A stretch of DNA of 64,000 bases from Alphaproteobacteria bacterium (lineage in GTDB: Bacteria > Pseudomonadota > Alphaproteobacteria > Micavibrionales > Micavibrionaceae): positions 23,421 to 87,420 of the forward strand of contig JAGRIU010000034.1 in assembly GCA_020443075.1 (NCBI GenBank). Reading direction: 5' to 3'. Below the pieces are notes generated by a model, which saw only the letters and a program-made list of their open reading frames with translations, had not been told where the DNA came from and ran no database searches. Within the stretch, counting starts at the first letter, position 1; each line of letters opens with the position of its first letter. This document shows positions 29,102 to 38,248 of the stretch, piece by piece. Position numbers and translations under genes: made by a program.

Positions 29102-29260
29102 CTATTTATGGCTATTTTCTACTATCTTGTCGAAAACCCTCTCAAACTCACCATCGCTATCGTCTACACCAATCTCCTTGGCGTATTCTATAAAGCGTTC
29201 TTTTTGAGTAAGATTTTGATCTGGCTTCTTTTTAGATTTTGTCTTTTTCTTATCGGGCAT
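29102..29260 (-). CDS. Small protein (52 aa), basic N-terminus and acidic C-terminus; absent from the ORF track (below its size cutoff)
   Basis: Hand translation of the minus strand gives MPDKKKTKSKKKPDQNLTQKERFIEYAKEIGVDDSDGEFERVFDKIVENSHK*. From memory, the SQKERFIE..E.G.DE..E.FER.F..IV pattern recurs in small hypothetical proteins on alphaproteobacterial mobile elements. No clear SD. Confidence 0.4.
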   Translation of the reverse strand: MPDKKKTKSKKKPDQNLTQKERFIEYAKEIGVDDSDGEFERVFDKIVENSHK

Positions 29261-29384
29261 TTTAGCAAGGTCTTTGATACATTAAGCGTTTACCGACTAA
29301 CCGGTACATTGCAAATCAAAAATGGTAAACTGACCAACCCTAGTTTAGAATGGGAGGACTTGAACCACGGACAGGAGAAATAAG

Positions 29385-29618
29385 ATGGGGGCGACTATCG
29401 AAATAGTAGTTTCGTTAATTTTATTTCTTCTCCTCTTCGGTATTCTCGGTGCATTCATCTGTGGGATCTATTATAAAAAAAAACAGCAACCGTTTCTTCA
29501 TGGTTTATTTTTGGGGGGGGTACACAGGCCTTTTAGCAGGTATCATATCAATAGGTATTTTTTTTGTTTCATGGTTTGTATTTTGAAAAATTCTTCATTT
29601 CCCCCAATTTATCCGTAA
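29385..29618 (+). CDS. Small hydrophobic protein; the frame may be disturbed at a G8 tract
   Basis: MGATIEIVVSLILFLLLFGILGAFICGIYYKKKQQ is a clean TM helix followed by a basic stop-transfer. After the G8 tract at 29513-29520, a second TM helix (YTGLLAGIISIGIFFVSWFVF*) is encoded in the +1 frame. Confidence 0.3.
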   Translation: MGATIEIVVSLILFLLLFGILGAFICGIYYKKKQQPFLHGLFLGGVHRPFSRYHINRYFFCFMVCILKNSSFPPIYP

Positions 29619-29678
29619 ATCATATCTGCTCCCGCGTTTTAATTCTTTCAAAAAACGTAAAGAACAAAAATAGCGACA

Positions 29679-31499
29679 CTACTCCGGCAAGAAGCCGCCC
29701 GATTGCATCGTCCATAGCCGGTGATAAACGCCGCCGCGCGCCAGAAGCTCCTCATGCGTGCCGTCCTCGGCAATCCGGCCGCCCTCCATGACGATCAGCC
29801 GATCGAGATGATTGATCGTCGAAAGCCGGTGCGCAATCGCGATGACGGTTTTGCCGCGCATCAGATTTTCCAGCGCTTCTTGCAGCAATTTTTCACTTTC
29901 ACTATCCAGCGCCGAGGTCGCTTCATCCAAAATCAGGATTGGTGCATCCTTCAAAATCGCCCGCGCAATCGCTACGCGCTGGCGCTGCCCGCCCGAAAGC
30001 TTGAGCCCGCGCTCGCCCACCAGCGTGTCATAGCCCTGCGGCAAACGTGCAATAAAATCATCCGCATGCGCGAGCCTGGCCGCCGCCATAACCTCTTCAT
30101 CGCTGGCCTCCAGACGTCCATAGCGGATATTGTCCAGAATAGAGCGGTGAAACAAAGCCGTATCCTGCGGAATAACGGCAATCTGCCGCCGCAGCGAATG
30201 CTGGCTGACTTCGGCTATAGCCTGCCCGTCGATTTCAATAGCCCCGTTTTTCACATCGAAAAACCGCTGCAGCAAATTCGCCAGCGTGCTTTTGCCCGCG
30301 CCCGAATGCCCGATCAGCCCAACGCGCTGCCCCGGCTTAATATGCAGGTTCAAACCGTCGAACACGCCTTGACCGCTGTAGTCAAAACCCACATCACGGA
30401 AAACGATATCTCCGTTTGCAACGGTTAGATCCGGCGCTTCATCACGGTCGATAACACTTTGCGGCTTGATTAGCGTCGTCAGGGAGTCATTGAGATAACC
30501 CACGGACTCCATGACGTGAATTACGCCCATACTCAAATTCCACGCATTGGCGGTAAAGTTAAACGACACGCCCATGATCGTGGCGATCTCGCCAAGGGTG
30601 ATAAGCCCGTGCTGCCAGCCCAGAACGCAGGCCGCCATCATCCCAGAGCCGAAAACCACCAGCGTCATGCGCCGGTAGTTATCCAGCAGCAGAAAGACCC
30701 GCAGCATCTTGTGCCAGGCGATCATCTGCGCTTCGGAGATTTTTTTATGCTCCTCCATTTCCCGCGCTTCATGAGCGTAGGATTTAACCGAAGCAATATT
30801 GGTCAGACTATCGACGATCTGTCCCGTCACAGCCGAACAGGAATCGGCGTAAATCCGTGATTTTTCCCGTAGCTTGTCGAGCTTAAGCAACACAGGCAGC
30901 AAAATAAAAATCAAAAATGCGCATACCAAAGACCCGTAAACCCACGACACGCCCAGCAGAATAAGCCCCGAAGTCCCCATGCTGACCAGTGGTAACAAGA
31001 TCTGCCAGCGCACCTGTTCTTGCAGGTTCAGGCCTTTTTCAACCCCTTCGGAGACTTTGCGCGCCAGCGATCCGGCAAAATGGTTTTGAAAATAGGTGAA
31101 CGAATGCCCCAGCGTATAGGTCATCAAATCGCTGCGCAGCTCTGCCCTTGCGCGTTTCCACCAATCAAAGGTCAGGTAATGCGGCAACATATGCGCCATC
31201 TCGCCGATCAACAAAGCAGCGAAAATCAGGCCTGTATACATCCATACATCGTGCGGAATGGCCGCGCCCTTGGGCACATCCGAAAGGCGGTCAATGATTA
31301 CTCCGGTCAGGAAAAATGACAGCGGATAACGTATGCCGTGAATGATATCCATGATAATCATCCCCGCCCACATCCACGGATCACGCGCAATCACCATACG
31401 CACATACGCCATCAGCCCCGCCGGCACATCGGTGCGCGGCTGGTAATCCAGCGTATATTTCATGTCTTTGCGCAAATAGCGGTTAGTCTTCAACATCAT
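29679..31499 (-). CDS. ABC exporter, fused permease/ATPase (MsbA/multidrug type)
   Basis: Six-TM N-terminal half, Walker A GHSGAGKST, signature LSGGQRQRVAIARA, Walker B ILILDEATSALD. Confidence 0.9.
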   Translation of the reverse strand: MMLKTNRYLRKDMKYTLDYQPRTDVPAGLMAYVRMVIARDPWMWAGMIIMDIIHGIRYPLSFFLTGVIIDRLSDVPKGAAIPHDVWMYTGLIFAALLIGEMAHMLPHYLTFDWWKRARAELRSDLMTYTLGHSFTYFQNHFAGSLARKVSEGVEKGLNLQEQVRWQILLPLVSMGTSGLILLGVSWVYGSLVCAFLIFILLPVLLKLDKLREKSRIYADSCSAVTGQIVDSLTNIASVKSYAHEAREMEEHKKISEAQMIAWHKMLRVFLLLDNYRRMTLVVFGSGMMAACVLGWQHGLITLGEIATIMGVSFNFTANAWNLSMGVIHVMESVGYLNDSLTTLIKPQSVIDRDEAPDLTVANGDIVFRDVGFDYSGQGVFDGLNLHIKPGQRVGLIGHSGAGKSTLANLLQRFFDVKNGAIEIDGQAIAEVSQHSLRRQIAVIPQDTALFHRSILDNIRYGRLEASDEEVMAAARLAHADDFIARLPQGYDTLVGERGLKLSGGQRQRVAIARAILKDAPILILDEATSALDSESEKLLQEALENLMRGKTVIAIAHRLSTINHLDRLIVMEGGRIAEDGTHEELLARGGVYHRLWTMQSGGFLPE

Positions 31500-31530
31500 T
31501 TAAAACCTTGAAATCCCCTGAGATTTCTTG

Positions 31531-31577
31531 AAAAAAGGGAATAAAAAAAGCGCCGTTCTCAAGAAGAAAGGCGCTTT
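31531..31577 (-). terminator. Intrinsic terminator after rpmG
   Basis: aaagcgcc (31547-31554) pairs with ggcgcttt (31570-31577). On the minus strand the hairpin is followed by TTTTTTATTCCCTTTTTT. Confidence 0.6.
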
Positions 31578-31599
31578 GCTTCGAAAAAGGTTTAAAGCC

Positions 31600-31803
31600 T
31601 TAATTCTTCTTATGAGGGGGCATTTTTTTCTCGACAAAAAACACATGCGCGCCTTTTTTGCCTGTCTCTTCGTTAATGGCCCACGGATCATATTTTTTCT
31701 TACGGATTTTATATTCCGCGCGCGTGGAACGTTTAGCGTAATAGCGGTATCCTGTACCTGCTTCGCTTTCCAGTCTGACTTTTACGTGGGAGGCCTTTGC
31801 CAT
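31600..31803 (-). CDS. rpmG: 50S ribosomal protein L33 (divergent, 67 aa)
   Basis: MAKASHVKVRLESEAGTGYRYYAKRSTR...KKKYDP follows the L33 pattern (MAK..IKIKL.S.AGTG.FY...KN.R....K...RKYDP). It carries an insertion and a C-terminal extension. Confidence 0.8.
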   Translation of the reverse strand: MAKASHVKVRLESEAGTGYRYYAKRSTRAEYKIRKKKYDPWAINEETGKKGAHVFFVEKKMPPHKKN

Positions 31804-31868
31804 CTCTTTAACTCCAAATTTCTAAATTGAGACGGCTTTATGCGCGATTGAAAGGAAAATGTCAAGCC

Positions 31869-34220
31869 TCATTTGCGTTTTGATGGCGGACCGCTGTGTT
31901 TGCGCCCTCCGCTTTTCTTAAAACCGCCTTTTGAGGGAGGCCGCTGTGATCTGTTCGACCGGCCACGGCTGTTTTTCCCGCCGCGGCGATGGCTTTGCTC
32001 GTCCGGCACGCGACTCTTGAAGCGCACGCCCGGAATATCCGCCCCGTTCATGCTTTTCCCGCTTAAGCGCAAAACCAGAGAGCCGGTCAGCCCGTCCGCT
32101 TCGGTAATCCGCACGGTGACCGGCGCGCCCAAACGAAACAGCTTTTTATTCTTGCGGCCCACCAGCGCATGGCCTTTTTCATCATGGATGTAAAAATCAT
32201 CGCTTAAGGATTTCATCGGCACCAGCCCATCGGCCCCGCTTTCCAACAGCTCGACAAACAGGCCAAAGCGTGTCACCCCGGTAATGCGCCCGGCAAATTC
32301 GGCCCCTACCTGTTCGGACAGATAGGACGAGGTAAAACGGTCGACCGCGCTGCGCTCGGCCTCCATGGATGTGCGCTCTGTTGACGAAATATGCCCGCAA
32401 ATCTCATCTAGCCTTGCAATCTCTTCATCCGACAAGCCCCCCGGCCCCAGATCATAAGCGTTGATCAGGCTGCGGTGCACCAGCAAATCCGCATAGCGGC
32501 GAATAGGCGAGGTAAAATGCGCATAACGCTGCAAAGCGAGGCCGAAATGCCCGATATTATCGGGGCTATAGACCGCTTGCGCCTGTGATCGCAAAATTAC
32601 CTGCGAAATCAGGTGGGAGTAGGGCGTTTTCGCCGCTTGCCGCAAAATACCGTTGATCTGGCCGGACTGCATCACCTGTCCCTTGGGCAGGGAAATCCCG
32701 AAGCTTTCAACGAAATCGCGCATCTCGTCCAAACGGTCGGACTTGGGCCGATCGTGAATGCGGTACACGCACGGATAGCTCTGCGCATCGCGCTTGGCTT
32801 CCAAAGCGCTGGCAGCCGCCACATTGGCCAAAATCATAAACTCTTCGATCAGTTTATGCGCATCCAGCCGCAAACGGGGTTTCACGCCGATCATCTGCCC
32901 GCGCTCATCAATCAGAATCTGCCGCTCGGGTAAATCCAGATCCAGCGCCCCGCGTTTTTGCCGCGCCGCATCGAGTGTACGGTAAGCTTCATACAAAACC
33001 AAAATAGCATCCCGGACTTGATCCGGGATCTTCTCGAAAAGCTCATCAGATCCCCGATTGCTCGGGGATGCGTTGATTTGGTCGTAGTAGTATTGCACCT
33101 GCTCATAGACCAGCCGCGCCTTCGATTTCATGAGCCCGCGCACGAACTTATATTTGGTCATCTGCCCGTCTGCATCAATATACAGATGCACGGCCATACA
33201 GGCGCGATCCTCGTGCGGACGCAAAGAGCACAGATCGTTCGATAAAGCTTCGGGCAGCATCGGTACAACGCGGTCGGGAAAGTACGTAGAGTTTCCACGC
33301 TTTTGCGCCTCGATATCTAACGGCGCATTCGGGCGCACATAATAGGCCACATCGGCAATCGCGACGATCAGGTGAAAGCCGCCGTTATCCGTCTTCTCCG
33401 CAAAAACCGCATCATCAAAATCGCGCGCATCGGCCCCGTCGATGGTCACCAGTGGATAATCGCGCAAATCCTCACGGCCTTTCAAAGGCGGCACTTTTAG
33501 GCCCTTGGCCGCGTCTAAAACGGTATCGGGAAATTCTTCGCTCAATCCCGCTTCATAGAGAGAAATCAGGCTGATCGCTTGCGGATCACCTTGCTTGCCC
33601 AAAATCTCGGTAATGCGCACGCGTTTGCGTTTAATCCCGCGTCCGCGCTGGACTTCCCCAACGGCCAGATCACCCTCTTGCGCGCCGTTCAAATCCCCCG
33701 GATTGATATCGAAATCATATTTGGCCTTTTTATCGGTCGGCGCGAGTATAGGCCCGTGTTTGGTATATCGCACGATCCCGAGAATATTGGCGCTTTTCTC
33801 GTAATCCAGCGCCTTGATGATCTTGGCCTCATACAGCGTTTCGCTTTGCCGCGATAAACGCACCAAGGCCCGCGCTTTATCCTTCATATGCGCGAAATGC
33901 TTTTTATCGGGAACAATCTCGATGCGCGGCGCTTCGCCTTGCACCTCATCGCTCCAATCTACAGGCCGGGCAAACACGTCCCCGTCGGCTGTGATCTCGC
34001 ACACCTCCACCACGCACACACCGGGCAGCCCCTTGGGCACGCTGTAGGCGCCGCCGGGCTGTTTGATAATAGCTTCTTCGGCCTCCAGCGCTTTGAGAAT
34101 TTGCTTGAGCGCGACGCGGTTTTCTCCGCCCTTAATGCCAAAGCCGCGCGCCACCTCGCGCTTGGTCACCGGCGCGGACACCGAGCGGATAAAATCAAGA
34201 ATGTCGGATTTTTTGAGCAA
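31869..34220 (-). CDS. rnr: Ribonuclease R
   Basis: RNB catalytic block (TIDGADARDFDDAV, HFGLALQRYAHFTSPIRRYADLLVHR), an S1 domain and a basic C-terminal tail. TTG at 34220 (AAGGA 5 nt upstream) avoids the 41-nt overlap with sdhA that ATG 34271 would create. Confidence 0.9.
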   Translation of the reverse strand: MLKKSDILDFIRSVSAPVTKREVARGFGIKGGENRVALKQILKALEAEEAIIKQPGGAYSVPKGLPGVCVVEVCEITADGDVFARPVDWSDEVQGEAPRIEIVPDKKHFAHMKDKARALVRLSRQSETLYEAKIIKALDYEKSANILGIVRYTKHGPILAPTDKKAKYDFDINPGDLNGAQEGDLAVGEVQRGRGIKRKRVRITEILGKQGDPQAISLISLYEAGLSEEFPDTVLDAAKGLKVPPLKGREDLRDYPLVTIDGADARDFDDAVFAEKTDNGGFHLIVAIADVAYYVRPNAPLDIEAQKRGNSTYFPDRVVPMLPEALSNDLCSLRPHEDRACMAVHLYIDADGQMTKYKFVRGLMKSKARLVYEQVQYYYDQINASPSNRGSDELFEKIPDQVRDAILVLYEAYRTLDAARQKRGALDLDLPERQILIDERGQMIGVKPRLRLDAHKLIEEFMILANVAAASALEAKRDAQSYPCVYRIHDRPKSDRLDEMRDFVESFGISLPKGQVMQSGQINGILRQAAKTPYSHLISQVILRSQAQAVYSPDNIGHFGLALQRYAHFTSPIRRYADLLVHRSLINAYDLGPGGLSDEEIARLDEICGHISSTERTSMEAERSAVDRFTSSYLSEQVGAEFAGRITGVTRFGLFVELLESGADGLVPMKSLSDDFYIHDEKGHALVGRKNKKLFRLGAPVTVRITEADGLTGSLVLRLSGKSMNGADIPGVRFKSRVPDEQSHRRGGKNSRGRSNRSQRPPSKGGFKKSGGRKHSGPPSKRK

Positions 34221-34230
34221 ATTAATCCTT

Positions 34231-36021
34231 TTAATAAACCCTTGCCTTTGGCGGCACGGCTTCGACCTCATCGGTTAATGGCTTAAGCGCGACGGGGCGG
34301 TAGCTAATATCCGTGCTCCAGTCCGGATTGACGCGGATCACTGTGTGTTTGAGCCAGTTTTTATCATCGCGGTCGGGGAAATCCTCGCGCGCATGCGCTC
34401 CGCGGGACTCTTTCCGGTTCGCCGCCGCATTCATCGTCACCACGGCGCTGCAAAGCAGGTTTTCAAGCTCCAGCGTTTCCACCAGATCCGAGTTCCAGAT
34501 CAGCGATTTATCAACCGTGCCCAGCCATTCATATTTAGCTGAAACTTCTTTCATTTGCGCCACGCCTTCATCCAGAACCTCTCCGGTGCGGAACACGGCG
34601 GCATGGTTCTGCATCGTGCGCTGCATCTCGAGACGCAGATCCGCCGTTGAAATCTCCGGCGTTTTATTGAGCAAGCGGTCCATGCGCGACATTCCGAACT
34701 GTCCGGCGTCTTTGCGTTTGGCTTTGTGCGGCGTATTGGGCGTCAAAAGCTCGGCGCAGCGATTGGCCGCTGCCCGTCCAAACACCACCAGATCCAGCAA
34801 GGAATTCGAGCCGAGACGGTTCGCCCCGTGAACGGACACACAGGCCGCTTCCCCGATTGCCATCAGCCCCGGCACGATCGCATTCGGGTCTTTGGCCGTG
34901 GGGTTGATCACTTCGGTATGCACATTGGTCGGAATGCCGCCCATATTGTAATGCACGGTCGGCAGAACAGGGATCGGCTCTTTCGTCACATCCACACCGG
35001 CGAAAATGCGCGCGCTCTCGGCAATGCCCGGCAAGCGCTCATGAATAATATCCGCATCCAGATGCATCAGATTGAGGTGAATGTGGTCCTTATGCGGTCC
35101 CACGCCGCGCCCTTCGCGGATTTCAATCGTCATAGAGCGGCTCACCACATCGCGGCTGGCCAGATCTTTCGCGCTCGGCGCATAACGCTCCATAAAGCGC
35201 TCACCCTCGCTGTTCGTCAGATACCCGCCTTCCCCGCGCACGCCTTCGGTAATCAGGCAGCCTGCGCCGTAAATCCCGGTCGGGTGGAATTGCACGAACT
35301 CCATATCCTGTAGCGGCAATCCGGCGCGCAGCACCATTGCATTCCCGTCACCCGTACAGGTATGCGCAGACGTACAGGAGAAGAACGTCCGCCCGTAACC
35401 GCCTGTGGCCAAAATCGTCTGGTGCGCAAAGAAACGATGCACCGTCCCGTCATCCAGATTGAGCGCCACAACGCCTTCACAGGTTCCATCATCACCCATC
35501 ATCAGATCCAGCGCGAAATACTCGATGAAAAACTCGGCCCTGTGCTTAAGCGCTTGCGTATAAAGCGTATGCAAGATCGCATGCCCCGTCCGGTCCGCCG
35601 CCGCGCAGGTGCGCTGGGCCGTACCTTGACCGTAATGCGTAGTCATCCCGCCAAACGCGCGCTGGTAAATCTTGCCCTCGGCCGTACGCGAAAACGGCAC
35701 GCCATAATGCTCCAGCTCGATAATCGCCGGAATGGCTTCCTTGCACATATATTCAATGGCGTCCTGATCGCCCAGCCAGTCCGAGCCCTTGATAGTGTCG
35801 TAAAAGTGAAAGCGCCAGTCATCCTCGCCCATATTCCCCAAAGCGGCCGAAATCCCGCCCTGCGCCGCCACCGTGTGCGAGCGCGTCGGAAACACTTTGG
35901 AAATCAGCGCTGTCTTCAGGCCCTTCTCCGCACAGCCAAACCCGGCGCGTAAACCCGCTCCGCCCGCGCCGATAACGACAACGTCGAATTCATGATCGAT
36001 AATTTCGTATGCTTTAGTCAT
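34231..36021 (-). CDS. sdhA: Succinate dehydrogenase flavoprotein subunit
   Basis: [18 protein letters not shown] fold, covalent-FAD block [10 protein letters not shown], and [18 protein letters not shown]. Confidence 0.97.
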   Translation of the reverse strand: MTKAYEIIDHEFDVVVIGAGGAGLRAGFGCAEKGLKTALISKVFPTRSHTVAAQGGISAALGNMGEDDWRFHFYDTIKGSDWLGDQDAIEYMCKEAIPAIIELEHYGVPFSRTAEGKIYQRAFGGMTTHYGQGTAQRTCAAADRTGHAILHTLYTQALKHRAEFFIEYFALDLMMGDDGTCEGVVALNLDDGTVHRFFAHQTILATGGYGRTFFSCTSAHTCTGDGNAMVLRAGLPLQDMEFVQFHPTGIYGAGCLITEGVRGEGGYLTNSEGERFMERYAPSAKDLASRDVVSRSMTIEIREGRGVGPHKDHIHLNLMHLDADIIHERLPGIAESARIFAGVDVTKEPIPVLPTVHYNMGGIPTNVHTEVINPTAKDPNAIVPGLMAIGEAACVSVHGANRLGSNSLLDLVVFGRAAANRCAELLTPNTPHKAKRKDAGQFGMSRMDRLLNKTPEISTADLRLEMQRTMQNHAAVFRTGEVLDEGVAQMKEVSAKYEWLGTVDKSLIWNSDLVETLELENLLCSAVVTMNAAANRKESRGAHAREDFPDRDDKNWLKHTVIRVNPDWSTDISYRPVALKPLTDEVEAVPPKARVY

Positions 36022-36150
36022 GGTTTTATCCTTAATATTTATGCAGATACCATCGCAAAGTCTCTAAGACGCGAGTCGCTCGGTTTCATTCTCAATCACC
36101 GTCAGCTTTGCGGTTTTGGGCTTTGCGATTCCATCTCGATCATCCTTATC

Positions 36151-36546
36151 CTACAAAGCCACTTTCAAAATGCTGAAAATGCAAGCCACTGCCAGCGCCG
36201 CAAAAAACAATTTCTGCCCCGTCAGCTTCACCCACTTAAAGCCTTCGTGATGAATGTAATCTTCTGTAATGACCTGCGCGCCGAGAACAGCGTGAAAAAC
36301 CACCGCCAGCGAAAGCAAAATCATCAAGATCGCATTGAAAGGCTCGGACAGCCACATCGTAAAATACACATAATCCGCGCCCTTTAAATGCACGATCGAA
36401 AACACAAACCAGATAGCCAGCGGAATAAGCGCGACTGCGGTGAGGCGCTGGGCAATCCAATGCTCCGCGCCATGACCGGCAGCGCCTAACCCGCGTGCGC
36501 GGCCCAGCGGTGATTTCATCCCGTCTTTTTCCCATTTAAGCTTCAT
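36151..36546 (-). CDS. sdhD: Succinate dehydrogenase membrane anchor subunit
   Basis: Three TM helices with a heme-ligand His context (GAEHWIAQRLTAVALIPL). ATG at 36546 lies 4 nt after the sdhC stop. Confidence 0.85.
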   Translation of the reverse strand: MKLKWEKDGMKSPLGRARGLGAAGHGAEHWIAQRLTAVALIPLAIWFVFSIVHLKGADYVYFTMWLSEPFNAILMILLSLAVVFHAVLGAQVITEDYIHHEGFKWVKLTGQKLFFAALAVACIFSILKVAL

Positions 36547-36550
36547 GGCG

Positions 36551-37054
36551 TTACTCCTTCTGCCCTTGAGCGCCCGCATTATCGTCGATGATCACGACCC
36601 CGCCATCCTCGACGAGGAGCTCAAGCGCATTTTCTTCCGCGCTATAGACGTGCTTTCCGGCATAATTCATCGCACAAATCCACGTCGCCGCCGTCAGGAT
36701 AATTGCGCCCGCCAAAACCGCATAACCGGCTTTATAGGCGCTTTCAATTTTGAACAGATAGCCCATATCCCAAAACAGGTGACGAATCCCGTTGAGCAGG
36801 TGATAATACAGTGCCGCGCTAAAGCCGAACAGCACCAGCGTCCCGAAAGACGAACCCATAAAATTTTGCACATCTTCATAAGCATCCGGCCCGCTGGCCG
36901 CCGCCACCAGCCACCACGTAAAAAGCATCAATCCTAAAATAAGCCCTGCGCCCGTTATGCGGTGCAGGATAGACATCCGTGCCGTCAAAGGGAGGCGGTA
37001 AATCTGCAAGTGCGGTGAAAGCGGCCGATCCTTGGCGTGAGTTGTTTCAGGCAT
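36551..37054 (-). CDS. sdhC: Succinate dehydrogenase cytochrome b556 subunit
   Basis: RPLSPHLQIYRLPLTARMSILHRITG is the SdhC signature. The C-terminus is longer than usual. Confidence 0.85.
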   Translation of the reverse strand: MPETTHAKDRPLSPHLQIYRLPLTARMSILHRITGAGLILGLMLFTWWLVAAASGPDAYEDVQNFMGSSFGTLVLFGFSAALYYHLLNGIRHLFWDMGYLFKIESAYKAGYAVLAGAIILTAATWICAMNYAGKHVYSAEENALELLVEDGGVVIIDDNAGAQGQKE

Positions 37055-37136
37055 AATCCTTCCCTGCCTTTCAAAATGAAGGGTCCATCAGATACGCCCT
37101 ATAATAGGGTTTTGGCCTTGAAGATCAACGGATTTT

Positions 37137-38159
37137 TTAGGCCGCAGCCTTGGCTTTGTTTTTGACCAGAAGCTCGGCGATCTGCACGGTGTTCAGCGCC
37201 GCGCCTTTGCGCAGATTATCCGCCACGCACCAGAAATTCAGCCCGTTTTCAACGCTGATGTCCTCGCGCACGCGGGAAATAAACACATCATCCTCGCCCT
37301 GAATTTCACTCGGCGTGACATATTCCAGATCTTCCTGTTCCAGATCGACCAGCGTAATGCCCTCGGCCTTGCGGAACAGCTCTTTGGCTTGCGCCGCCGA
37401 AAGCTCGTTGTCCAGCTCGACATTGACCATTTCCGCATGCCCGATAAACACAGGAATGCGCACGCATGACGCGCAGACCTTGATTTTGGGATCGAGAATT
37501 TTCTTGGTCTCGACAACCATTTTCCATTCTTCTTTGGTCATCCCGTCATCCATGAACACGTCGATTTGCGGAATCGCGTTAAAGGCGATTTGCTTTGGAT
37601 AAACGGACGGCACGGGCGTTTCATTGGCATAAACGCCTTTGGTCTGGTTGAACAGCTCATCCATCGCCGCTTTACCTGAACCCGATGTAGACTGATATGT
37701 CGCCACGACAACGCGTTTAACGGTTGCCGCATCATGCAAGGGCTTGAGCGCGACAACCATCTGGATCGTCGAGCAATTCGGATTGGCGATAATGCCTTTT
37801 TGTATTTCGTTTATCGCTTGCGGATTGACTTCCGGCACGATCAACGGCACGTCCGGATCCATCCGCCAGTAAGACGTATTGTCAATAACGATGGCCCCGG
37901 CGGCTGCAGCTTTCGGGGAGTATTCCGCAGACACTTTCGCGCCCGGCGAAGACAGCACGATATCCACGCCTTTGAAATCGAATTTTGCCAGATCCTGAAC
38001 TTTCAGGTCGGTATCGCCATAGGAGACTTCGCGCCCGACGCTACGCTCGGAGGCCAGCGCAATCACGTCTGAAGCCGGAAAATTACGCTCATCGAGAATT
38101 TTCAACATTTCATGGCCGACATTACCCGTCGCACCGACAACCGCTACTTTATAGCCCAT
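37137..38159 (-). CDS. asd: Aspartate-semialdehyde dehydrogenase
   Basis: VAVVGATGNVGHEML NAD fold and the active-site context IIANPNCSTIQMV. 340 aa. Confidence 0.95.
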   Translation of the reverse strand: MGYKVAVVGATGNVGHEMLKILDERNFPASDVIALASERSVGREVSYGDTDLKVQDLAKFDFKGVDIVLSSPGAKVSAEYSPKAAAAGAIVIDNTSYWRMDPDVPLIVPEVNPQAINEIQKGIIANPNCSTIQMVVALKPLHDAATVKRVVVATYQSTSGSGKAAMDELFNQTKGVYANETPVPSVYPKQIAFNAIPQIDVFMDDGMTKEEWKMVVETKKILDPKIKVCASCVRIPVFIGHAEMVNVELDNELSAAQAKELFRKAEGITLVDLEQEDLEYVTPSEIQGEDDVFISRVREDISVENGLNFWCVADNLRKGAALNTVQIAELLVKNKAKAAA

Positions 38160-38248
38160 TGTACTATTTCCCTTCTTTTCAAAGAATACAATTGATATGA
38201 TAAACAGCGTCGCTTTTGCAAGTCTCTTTATCCAAAAACCTAATATTC

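Noticed and set aside
29019-29383. Plus-strand ORFs 29019-29207 (62 aa) and 29108-29383 (91 aa) from the track
   Set aside because: Their sequence is low-complexity Ser/Leu/Phe-rich with no RBS at a workable distance. They overlap the more protein-like 52-aa minus-strand ORF (29102-29260).
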